From: Bacilli bacterium
Lineage (GTDB): Bacteria; Bacillota_I; Bacilli_A; RF39; UBA660
Length of the DNA stretch: 57,346 nucleotides
Assembly (NCBI GenBank): GCA_022798795.1
Contig: JAAWNF010000003.1
Location: 1-57,346, forward strand
Direction of reading: 5' to 3'
Shown here: piece after piece, positions 41,540 to 49,922 of the stretch
Position numbering within the stretch: position 1 is the stretch's first letter
How the letters are laid out: each line of letters starts with the position of its first letter
The notes under the pieces: generated by a model
What the model saw: the letters and a program-made list of their open reading frames with translations, nothing else
Database searches by the model: none
What the model was told of the DNA's origin: nothing
Made by a program: the position numbers and the translations under genes

Positions 41540-42415
41540 ATGCTTAGAATAAGTGACGAATGGAAGGATTTTTGTTGTCTTGATGCTGGAGCAGGAGAAA
41601 AACTGGAAAATTGGAATGGAATTATTTTAAGACGTCCAGACCCTCAAGCTATTTGGACAGTGGATAAAGAAACAGATTGTTGGAAAAATGTTGATGGACA
41701 TTATTTTCGAAGCAATAAAGGTGGTGGGGAATGGAAGTTTTACAAAAAAATTCCAGATTTTTGGACAGTAAAATATAAGGATTTAATCTTTAAAATTATG
41801 CCCACAAACTTTAAACATACAGGTTTATTTCCAGAACAAGCTGTAAACTGGGATTTTATGATGGAAAAAATTCAAAAAAGCAATCGAAAAATAAAAGTAT
41901 TAAATTTATTTGCTTATACAGGAGGAGCAACGATGGCTTGTTCTAAGGCGGGAGCAGATGTAGTACATGTAGATGCTTCAAAAGGAATGACAGAATGGGC
42001 AAAAGAAAATATGCATTTATCAGGTCTAGAAAATCATTTTATTCGTTTCATAGTGGATGATTGTTTAAAGTTTGTAGAACGTGAATATCGACGTGGAAAT
42101 AAATATGATGCAATTGTGATGGACCCTCCAAGTTATGGAAGAGGACCCAATGGGGAAGTATGGAAGTTTGAAGATTGTATTTATACTTTAATTAATGCTT
42201 GTATAAAGATTTTAAGTGAAGAACCTTTATTTGTGTTAATTAATTCTTATACAATTGGGATATCAAGTATTGTTTTGGAAAATATATTAAAAACAACCTT
42301 GTTGCCTCTTTATCCAAATGGGAAAGTAGATGCCGGAGAAGTAGGCTTGCCAGTAGAAAAAGATGAACTAGTACTTCCTTGTGGAATATATGGAAGATGG
42401 CAGAGTAATGATTAA
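41540..42415 (+). CDS. Class I SAM-dependent methyltransferase (RlmI/RlmK-like rRNA methyltransferase family)
   Basis: HTGLFPEQ, VLNLFAYTGG, VDAS, DAIVMDPPSYG. Confidence 0.85.
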   Translation: MLRISDEWKDFCCLDAGAGEKLENWNGIILRRPDPQAIWTVDKETDCWKNVDGHYFRSNKGGGEWKFYKKIPDFWTVKYKDLIFKIMPTNFKHTGLFPEQAVNWDFMMEKIQKSNRKIKVLNLFAYTGGATMACSKAGADVVHVDASKGMTEWAKENMHLSGLENHFIRFIVDDCLKFVEREYRRGNKYDAIVMDPPSYGRGPNGEVWKFEDCIYTLINACIKILSEEPLFVLINSYTIGISSIVLENILKTTLLPLYPNGKVDAGEVGLPVEKDELVLPCGIYGRWQSND

Positions 42416-43061
42416 TATAATTTATGAAGATAATCATTTACTAGTTGTAGAAAAACCAATAAATATATTAGTTCAAGCAGATAATACTCATGATAGCGAT
42501 TTATTGTCTATGTTAAAAGAAGATATAAAAAAACGTTATCAAAAACCAGGTAATGTATATTTAGGGTTGGTACATCGTTTGGACCGTCCAGTCGGAGGAA
42601 TCATGGTATTTGCAAAGACAAGTAAAGCGGCTGCGAGATTATCAGAACAGGTAAAAAAGCATCAAATGAAAAAAAAATATTATGCAATAGTAGAAGGAAA
42701 ATTTGAAAAAAAGGAAGGCTGTCTAATTGACTATCTCAAAAAAGATGAAAAAAAAAATAAAGTGTTTATTGATAATACTGGAAAAGAAGCCATTTTAAAT
42801 TATCGAGTTCTTGATAGCAAAGAAAAATATAGTCTTATAGATATTGATTTAAAAACAGGAAGAAGTCATCAAATAAGAGTGCAATTTGCCAGTAGAAATC
42901 ACCCTCTTTTTGGTGACCAAAAATATAATAGAAATAGTAAGGTTGGGGAACAGATTGCCTTATATTCTTATGAGTTATCTTTTCATCATCCAATAACAAA
43001 GGAAAAGTTGGTATTTTTAGGAAAACCATCCAAAAGTTTTCCTTGGTGTTTATTTTTTTAG
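42408..43061 (+). CDS. RluA-family pseudouridine synthase
   Basis: IIYED..LLVVEKP, HRLDRPVGG (catalytic Asp), TGRSHQIRVQ, GD.KY. Probable start ATG 42408. Confidence 0.92.
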   Translation: MINIIYEDNHLLVVEKPINILVQADNTHDSDLLSMLKEDIKKRYQKPGNVYLGLVHRLDRPVGGIMVFAKTSKAAARLSEQVKKHQMKKKYYAIVEGKFEKKEGCLIDYLKKDEKKNKVFIDNTGKEAILNYRVLDSKEKYSLIDIDLKTGRSHQIRVQFASRNHPLFGDQKYNRNSKVGEQIALYSYELSFHHPITKEKLVFLGKPSKSFPWCLFF

Positions 43062-43097
43062 AATAATCAGGTAATCTATGTGAATATATTTCTATAG

Positions 43098-43766
43098 GTG
43101 AAGAAAATGGCAAAATATAAATTAGGAATGATGATTCTATTATTGCTATGCATATGCAGCTTTAATTTTGTAAATGCTGAAGAAAAACCAAAGGTTTTGA
43201 AAAATAAAATCATTTATTTAGACCCAGGACATGGAGGGGCTGACCCAGGAGCATTATATAAAAAAATAGAAGAGCAAGCAATTAATTTAAAAATAGCACA
43301 AAAGTTAAAGAAAAAATTAGAAGATTTGGGAGTAACCGTATATTTAACAAGAGATGGTGATTATGATTTATCGGTTCCATATGCTATAAATAGAAAACGC
43401 AGTGATTTATCGAGACGTTCTAATATTATTAATCGTTCAAATTGTGATTTATATTTATCAATACATTTAAATGCTGAAACATCAAGTAGTTGGCATGGAG
43501 CAGAAGCGTATTACGATGATGTGAATTCTGAAAATGAAAAAATAGCTAAAATAATGCAAGAAGAATTTAAAAAAAATTTAGGTTCAAAACGTAATTATAA
43601 AGAAACGGATTCCATGTATTTGCACAAGAGAATTACGCGTCCAGGTGTTCTTTTGGAAGTGGGATTTTTGAGTAATCCTAATGACCGTTATTTATTGACT
43701 CAAGATACCTATCAAGATAAAGTAGCTACTACAATTTTAAATGGAATTATTCGATATTTTTCTTAA
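43098..43766 (+). CDS. cwlD: N-acetylmuramoyl-L-alanine amidase, CwlD-like
   Basis: Signal/TM, LDPGHGG.DPGA, K..DL..R..IIN, SIHLNA, LLEVGFLSN; the YLTRDGDYDL pattern is typical of CwlD. Confidence 0.75.
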   Translation: MKKMAKYKLGMMILLLLCICSFNFVNAEEKPKVLKNKIIYLDPGHGGADPGALYKKIEEQAINLKIAQKLKKKLEDLGVTVYLTRDGDYDLSVPYAINRKRSDLSRRSNIINRSNCDLYLSIHLNAETSSSWHGAEAYYDDVNSENEKIAKIMQEEFKKNLGSKRNYKETDSMYLHKRITRPGVLLEVGFLSNPNDRYLLTQDTYQDKVATTILNGIIRYFS

Positions 43767-43973
43767 TCTGATTGGAGTTGAAGCGCTTAAGAGCAATATA
43801 TAGTATTTTTATATGATTGCTTTTTTTATAAAAAAATATCAAAATTTGGGATATAGATGTATAAAAAAATGTTGAAATTATTGATGATTTATATATAAAT
43901 TCACACGAAAATACCACAAAAAAAACATATTTATTTCATTAATTGTATGATATAATGAATAATAGGTGGTAAT

Positions 43974-44906
43974 ATGGGTGGCAAGATATTCAAAACCTTA
44001 GATGAGCAAATAGAAATATTAAAATCAAAAGGACTAATCATAGAGGATTTAGAGAAAGCAAAAGAAATATTATTTCGAGAAAATTACTTTTTTATTAGTG
44101 GATACAGGCATTTGTTTATGCGTTCAATAAAAGAAAGTAGATTTATTGATGGAACCACATTTGAAGAACTTTATGCAATGTTTTTATTTGATAGAAAAAT
44201 AAGAAATATTATGTTTAAATATTTATTAATTATTGAGAATAATATTAAATCTATTATTAGTTATACATTATCTAAAAAATATGGTTTTAAGGAAAAAGAT
44301 TATTTAGACCCTAAAAATTTTACACAAGATAATTTGAAAATAAGGCAAGTGCATGACGTACTAAACAAAATGAAAAGACAGATTAGAGTAAATGGGAAAC
44401 AACATGCAGCTACTATGCATTACTTAAGCAATTATGGCTATATACCAATGTGGATTTTAGTAAAAGTTTTATCATTTGGAATAGTTTCTGAACTATATTG
44501 CATATTAAAAGCAGAGGACCAAGAAACAATCGCAGATATATACCATATCGATATTGAATCATTAACAATTTATTTAGCGCTTCTTTCAAATTTTAGAAAT
44601 TTATGTGCTCACGAAGATATTTTGTATGACCATCGAACGCAAAGAGTGATTCCTGATAATAAATATCATCATATGCTAGATATTAGTCAAACAAAAGAAG
44701 AATATGATTTTGGGAAAAATGATTTGTATGCACTTGTCATCATAATGAAACAAATGCTTAGAGAAGAAGAATTTAGAGAACTAATTTATGAATTAGGTTA
44801 TGAAATAGATGTATTGGATGGAAAATTAGATGTACTTCCATTAAATGCAATACTGAATAAAATAGGTTTTCCAGATAATTGGAGAGATATTGTTGATATT
44901 GATTAA
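43974..44906 (+). CDS. Abi_2 (AbiD/AbiF-like) family HEPN protein
   Basis: FKTLDEQIEILKSKGL, NYF..SGY, FDRKIR, IE..IKS.I, P.WILVKVLSFG and the HEPN motif RNLCAH (44595-44612). Confidence 0.88.
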   Translation: MGGKIFKTLDEQIEILKSKGLIIEDLEKAKEILFRENYFFISGYRHLFMRSIKESRFIDGTTFEELYAMFLFDRKIRNIMFKYLLIIENNIKSIISYTLSKKYGFKEKDYLDPKNFTQDNLKIRQVHDVLNKMKRQIRVNGKQHAATMHYLSNYGYIPMWILVKVLSFGIVSELYCILKAEDQETIADIYHIDIESLTIYLALLSNFRNLCAHEDILYDHRTQRVIPDNKYHHMLDISQTKEEYDFGKNDLYALVIIMKQMLREEEFRELIYELGYEIDVLDGKLDVLPLNAILNKIGFPDNWRDIVDID

Positions 44907-44915
44907 GGAGGAAAA

Positions 44916-46004
44916 ATGAAACAAAAAATAATTTATCTTGTAACAATAATATTATCTTTTTTTGTAGGAGTTTCTGGAACATTAGTAACACTTCGATTTG
45001 TTCCAGTGGAAGAAAAATTGATAGAAAAGACTGTAAAAACAGTTTCTATTACAGAATCAGATTCTATTAAAGAAGCTGTAAATAAGATTTATAATGCCGT
45101 AGTTGTAATAGAATCCTATAGAAATGGAAGACAGACAGGAAGTGGAAGTGGTTTTGTATATAAGAAAAATGATAAAGAAGGATATGTTATTACAAATCAT
45201 CATGTCATAGAAGGAGCGACTTCTGTAAAGGTTGTTAATATGGAAGGACAATCTGTAGATGCAAAAGTTCTGGGAAGTGATGAATATGCAGATATTGCTG
45301 TTCTTTCGATGGATATTAATGGAGTAATAGATGTAGCTGAAATAGGAGATAGCAGTGAATTAAATTTGGGGGATACCTTATTCACGGTTGGAACGCCAGT
45401 AGGAATTGCTTATAGAGGAACTGTAACAAAGGGAATTTTATCTGGAAAAGATAGGACTGTTTCTGTGCAATCTTCAAGTGGAAATGGAAGTTATGTTATG
45501 TCAGTATTACAGACTGATGCTGCAATCAATCCTGGAAATAGTGGTGGTCCATTGGTAAATATTAATGGAGAAGTAATTGGTGTAAATTCTTTAAAGTTAG
45601 TAGAAGATGAAATAGAAGGAATGGGATTTGCTATTCCAATTGAATTAGTAATGGCATCTGTTGAAAAATTAGAAAAAGGAGAGAAAATAGAAAGACCAAT
45701 CGTCGGAGTAAGTCTATTAGATGTAACAAATACATATGCTTTATATAGAAATGAAATTACTTTACACAAAGATATTACTTATGGAGCCGTTATTGTAAAT
45801 GTAGAGCCTAATTCGGTAGCAGAACAAGGTGGACTAAAAGCTGGGGATGTTATTTTGAAAGTAAATGATGATAAAATAGCGGATGTAGCTCATTTTAGAT
45901 ATAATTTATATAAGTATAATATTGGTGAAAAAGTCAAAGTTATTTATAACCGAAATGGTGAAGAGAGAGAAGCCATGTTGACATTAAATCAAAAAGCAGA
46001 GTAA
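44916..46004 (+). CDS. htrA: HtrA-family serine protease with PDZ domain
   Basis: TM anchor, GSGFVY, ITNHHV, QTDAAINPGNSGGPL, PDZ (GLKAGDVI). Confidence 0.95.
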   Translation: MKQKIIYLVTIILSFFVGVSGTLVTLRFVPVEEKLIEKTVKTVSITESDSIKEAVNKIYNAVVVIESYRNGRQTGSGSGFVYKKNDKEGYVITNHHVIEGATSVKVVNMEGQSVDAKVLGSDEYADIAVLSMDINGVIDVAEIGDSSELNLGDTLFTVGTPVGIAYRGTVTKGILSGKDRTVSVQSSSGNGSYVMSVLQTDAAINPGNSGGPLVNINGEVIGVNSLKLVEDEIEGMGFAIPIELVMASVEKLEKGEKIERPIVGVSLLDVTNTYALYRNEITLHKDITYGAVIVNVEPNSVAEQGGLKAGDVILKVNDDKIADVAHFRYNLYKYNIGEKVKVIYNRNGEEREAMLTLNQKAE

Positions 46005-46080
46005 AGCTCTGTTTTTTTCGATTTACATATTTTAACTTTTTTGCTATAATAGAAATAATAATAGAGGATTGGTGATACTC

Positions 46081-47814
46081 ATGGAATCAGAAGCTAGCTT
46101 AATAGAGCAAATAGAAACAGATATTGACCAGTTAGACTTGCTAGGTATGCAAGAAAATGTAGAAAAAGAACGCATTGAAGAAGTTATTGCTAGAATAAAA
46201 GGATTAGCTAGACAATATGTAGAATTATTAGATAGTATCATGGAACAGCAAATACAAGAAACAGAGAGCTTATTCGCATTAACTTTAGAGGAAGAATTGG
46301 ATAAGAGAAAGATGATTCTTACTCATGTTACTAATAAGAAAAATTGTATAATAGAGTTGTTTAAAGATATAAAAGAGATAGAAGTGGCAGCACCATTACA
46401 GCAGTTTGTTGATGCGATTATAATACAGGCAACAAATCAGGTTACAGACTATGAGAGAGATGTCAAGTTAGTAGAAACGCAATTTGAAAAAATTAAAGAG
46501 GCAGAAACAAAGGAAGCAGAACTCAAAAGTAAAAAAAGTCAAGCTCATATAAGAATGACGAATCTTAGGAATTCACAAATGTCTTTTGCAGATTTAAATG
46601 CAGAGTTTATGACGATTTGTTCTCATTTTTTAGATGCCAATCATGCAGAAGAAATAGATTTTCCAAACTTAATGGCCAAGCGAGATGCTTTAACAAAACG
46701 TCGTAAGCGGTTAATGGAAAATTTGAAGCTAGCGCATAGTGCGAAAGATGCAGAGGGATATGTGGTCGCTTATGAGGGATATATTAAAACAAATCAATTA
46801 GAACTCGATAAAGTAGATGAAAAAAAAGTGCTTCATTTAATTAGAAAAATAGTCATGGGAAGTCCAATTGATAGTTATGAAACATTGACAAGCAGGACTT
46901 TAAATGTTCAGAAATTAATAAATTCTAGAGTTGCTAAAGTTGGAAAATTATATGAAGCTGGAGTCGTAACTAGGGAAGATTATGAAACTTTTGCCAGTCA
47001 AGTAGATTTTAGTAAGATATATGAGCGATTGTCTGAAGTGGCAGAGATTGAAAGATGTGAAAAGCAAATAAGACAAGCAGAAAATGGATTACAACATACA
47101 AGAGACCATATCAAAGGAAAAGATGAATTAGAAACGATTTTTATAGAACGTGCAAAAGCAAGAGGAAGAATTCCTGCGATACCAGAGAAACCAGAAATTT
47201 TATTTGAAGATGAAAATGTAATCTCTGGAAAGAAGAAGAAAAGACGCAAAATTATATCAGTTGAGCCAGCAAAAGCACATATAGTAGAAAAAATAGATAA
47301 AATGAAGCAATGGTTGATTTCTAGTTTAAATTCTATGACAAATATTTCAAAAAAAATAGGAAATCAAATCAGAAAAATGATAACAGTGCCAGAAAAATAT
47401 AAGCCATCAATTGGAGATAAAATTAAGCTTGGAGAGAAAGCTGCAATTTTTACTAATCCAATGGATGTGATAGAGCAGAAAGACCAAAAAGATGCAAAGA
47501 GTATTGGATTAACCGAATTAGATTTATATGTGACAAGAGGTGCAATTTTAGATTACACTGGGACACCAATTTACATGACAACAGATTATGGTATAGATTT
47601 AGAAACTATTGCCAAAAATATGAATTTAGAAATAGGTACTTATAATATTGCTTTAGGATGCTCTATTGGGGATTCAGAGGGAAAATTTATGGCAGTTGCA
47701 AATGACCAGTTAAATCCTAATATAGAAAAAGGCTGGATAAATGCAACAGATATTAATATAATGGTTATAAATCAATTAAATAAAGAATTAAAAAAGGGAG
47801 GAATGAGTAAATGA
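46081..47814 (+). CDS. Large coiled-coil hypothetical protein with a possible SH3-like C-terminal domain
   Basis: Heptad-rich N-terminal 330 aa; C-terminal IGDKIKL...GWINATDI. The stop overlaps the next ATG. Confidence 0.75.
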   Translation: MESEASLIEQIETDIDQLDLLGMQENVEKERIEEVIARIKGLARQYVELLDSIMEQQIQETESLFALTLEEELDKRKMILTHVTNKKNCIIELFKDIKEIEVAAPLQQFVDAIIIQATNQVTDYERDVKLVETQFEKIKEAETKEAELKSKKSQAHIRMTNLRNSQMSFADLNAEFMTICSHFLDANHAEEIDFPNLMAKRDALTKRRKRLMENLKLAHSAKDAEGYVVAYEGYIKTNQLELDKVDEKKVLHLIRKIVMGSPIDSYETLTSRTLNVQKLINSRVAKVGKLYEAGVVTREDYETFASQVDFSKIYERLSEVAEIERCEKQIRQAENGLQHTRDHIKGKDELETIFIERAKARGRIPAIPEKPEILFEDENVISGKKKKRRKIISVEPAKAHIVEKIDKMKQWLISSLNSMTNISKKIGNQIRKMITVPEKYKPSIGDKIKLGEKAAIFTNPMDVIEQKDQKDAKSIGLTELDLYVTRGAILDYTGTPIYMTTDYGIDLETIAKNMNLEIGTYNIALGCSIGDSEGKFMAVANDQLNPNIEKGWINATDINIMVINQLNKELKKGGMSK

Positions 47815-48071
47815 TGAATATTGAGCTTCATACTGTTCTAACCTTGGATGATAATGAAAAATACATTGTAGTAGCGAAGGCAGTTTATGAAGGAAATTCC
47901 TATGACTACTTATTACAACTATCTGCTGATGGTGAAGATGTAACGGAACAAGTAGCTGTTGTAAAGGAAGAAAAAGAAGACAATCGATTATATATTGTTG
48001 AAGTGAATGATAAGAATGAACTAGATAAATTAGCGCCTTTGTTTTGTGAACAATTGGAAGAATTACAATAA
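47811..48071 (+). CDS. DUF1292 family protein
   Basis: Acidic 86-aa protein, LTLDDNEKYIV...YEGNSY.YL...VE...EL.KL pattern. Confidence 0.7.
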   Translation: MMNIELHTVLTLDDNEKYIVVAKAVYEGNSYDYLLQLSADGEDVTEQVAVVKEEKEDNRLYIVEVNDKNELDKLAPLFCEQLEELQ

Positions 48072-48104
48072 AGAAAAACCTTTAGAATTTTACTAAAGGT
48101 TTTT

Positions 48105-48533
48105 TTAATATAGTTCAGGACATGCTCCTGCAGCAGGTCTATAAAAACAATGATTTTTGTATCGACCAGCGTTTTCCTGGTCCCACCAAGTGGCTTTACA
48201 AGCTGCTCCACTACTAGGAGCATAAAACCAAAGTGCGTGAGTAGCAGGATGGTAATATTCACCTTTTAAAACTCTGTCAGCTAAATTTTTTTCTTGGGTA
48301 GTAGGATTACTAAAGAATAAAGGACTATTCTTTCCTTCAAAACCTCCAGGAGTTTGATAAATCATCTTTGAAATTGTTGTAATATCTTTGAAAGTAAGGC
48401 AATTTCCTAAAACCCTATTTACTCCAACATTACCAACCATAAGCATTCCTAAATTCCCCTCACCTACAGCTTCAGCTCTCATAAGTCTAGCAAGTAAATC
48501 TCTTTCTTTGGTTGTATATTTTATTACTCCCAT
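48105..48533 (-). CDS. Cell-wall hydrolase, Hydrolase_2 (SleB/CwlJ) family
   Basis: LLARLMRAEA.GE...GMLMVGNV.VNRV, ALWFY.P, HCFY. Probable start at the second Met (48533). Confidence 0.88.
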   Translation of the reverse strand: MGVIKYTTKERDLLARLMRAEAVGEGNLGMLMVGNVGVNRVLGNCLTFKDITTISKMIYQTPGGFEGKNSPLFFSNPTTQEKNLADRVLKGEYYHPATHALWFYAPSSGAACKATWWDQENAGRYKNHCFYRPAAGACPELY

Positions 48534-48548
48534 ATTATCACCTAATTT

Positions 48549-48575
48549 ACTATATGCTTTCAACAAACAATTGAC
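48549..48575 (-). promoter_or_regulatory. Candidate sigma-E-type (mother cell) promoter
   Basis: Minus strand GTCAA, 14 nt, CATATAGT. Confidence 0.45.
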
Positions 48576-48694
48576 ATATTCTATACATTAATTTTTGTAT
48601 TTCAAAAAAATGTTACCTATAATTGCGATTGAAATGAATAATTTTTATTGTGCTTTTAATACTTTTATGATATACTTTATCTGTGATTTGTTTT

Positions 48695-48768
48695 AGGGGT
48701 ATAGTTCAATGGTAGAATAACGGTCTCCAAAACCGCTGATGTGGGTTCAACTCCTGCTACCCCTGCCA
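48695..48768 (+). tRNA. trnW: tRNA-Trp(CCA)
   Basis: Cloverleaf AGGGGTA/TACCCCT, G73, encoded CCA, anticodon loop CT-CCA-AA, T-loop TTCAACT; A27-C43 mismatch. Terminator follows at 48778-48800. Confidence 0.97.
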
Positions 48769-48827
48769 GATGCAAATAAACTCTAAATTTTAGAGTTTTT
48801 AATATATGATAAGGAGTAAAGATTAAT

Positions 48828-49178
48828 TTGGATAATGATTTTGTATATTTATCAAGTCATCAAGCATTTGCTCTAGTGGATAAAATTAATGAACTAAAAG
48901 AAAATCCATATTTTAGAGATGGAATTGCCGAAAGTTTTATAAAAGAAGTCTACACAAGAGCTACAGAAATAACCGTTAATAGTCTCAACACTGGGACTAA
49001 TATATTGTCAAAATTACGAAAAAATGGCAATAAAATTAAAATCTCAAAAAATAAATTTGGATATATAACACGATTAACTGGAATAGATGTTTTTGATGAT
49101 GAAACTATTAATCAATTTATATCTAAAGTAAATAAGGCTAATCCTGAAACTGAACAAACTAACTTAAGAAGAAGATAA
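48828..49178 (+). CDS. Hypothetical protein
   Basis: 116-aa ORF, TTG start behind aaggag. Confidence 0.6.
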   Translation: MDNDFVYLSSHQAFALVDKINELKENPYFRDGIAESFIKEVYTRATEITVNSLNTGTNILSKLRKNGNKIKISKNKFGYITRLTGIDVFDDETINQFISKVNKANPETEQTNLRRR

Positions 49179-49243
49179 TAAAAGTAATATTCATATAACA
49201 AATAAAATTTGGAAACTCGTTCAGTTTCCGTGCCATTTGTGGA

Positions 49244-49737
49244 TGAAATGGCTTCGAAAAGTTGGAAAAAGAATGTATATAAAAATATATTCTTAAACTT
49301 GGAAAGAGTCATTTTTTTAATGAAAAAAACGATAGAAGAAAAACTTCAAATGTGTAAAGAACATGTAATAGAAGGAAAGTCATTATCACTTGTATGTGAA
49401 TTATACAATACAAAAAACATAGATGATTTAAAATATCTAGTTAATTTATATAAATGGAGAAGAACCATTTTTAAATAGAGAAAGAAAAACATATAGAAGA
49501 GCAACAAAACTATTTCTATTTTCTAAAACGGCATTAGATTAGGTAAAAAAGTATAATAAAGAATATAAATATGAAAGTTCTGCGGAATTAACAAAAGAGA
49601 TTCATGATTAGATAAAATGTTATAATGAAACAAAGATAATTACTAGATTAAAAACAACTCCAATTGATTTTAGAAAGAAATGTTTAAGTGAACTGGGAGT
49701 TGCTTAATTTTATATCTAACTTTTCGAAGTCGTTACA
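49244..49737 (+). mobile_element. Internally deleted IS3-family (IS150-like) element, 494 bp
   Basis: TG...CA ends with imperfect IRs (tgaaatggcttcgaaaagttgga versus the reverse complement tgtaacgacttcgaaaagttaga). Frameshifted OrfA N-terminus from 49320 joined to an OrfB C-terminus with an internal TAG (49609-49611). No target duplication seen. Confidence 0.8.
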
Positions 49738-49922
49738 CCATTACGTGAAAAACACGCTTTATTTTGTAGGCAGTTTCGCGATTAATATACAGTTTTAGAC
49801 ACTAAAGAAGAGGCATTTTTTTAAAAATTGCTTTTTTTGTTGAGCAGATATTAAAAATTGATAATATATAGTATAATTTTAATATAGGTATTTCTAAATG
49901 CTAAAATGTAAGGAGGGAATAT

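Noticed and set aside
43061-43090. Sporulation-sigma promoter for cwlD
   Set aside because: GAATA...GAATATATT fits neither spacing well enough to call.
552-48591. The many 60-170 aa ORF-track entries that overlap confident genes on the opposite strand or in another frame
   Set aside because: They are shadows of AT-rich coding sequence with no RBS or recognisable motifs.
49209-49478. 89-aa ORF as an intact gene
   Set aside because: It starts outside the IS left end and is a frameshifted OrfA remnant.
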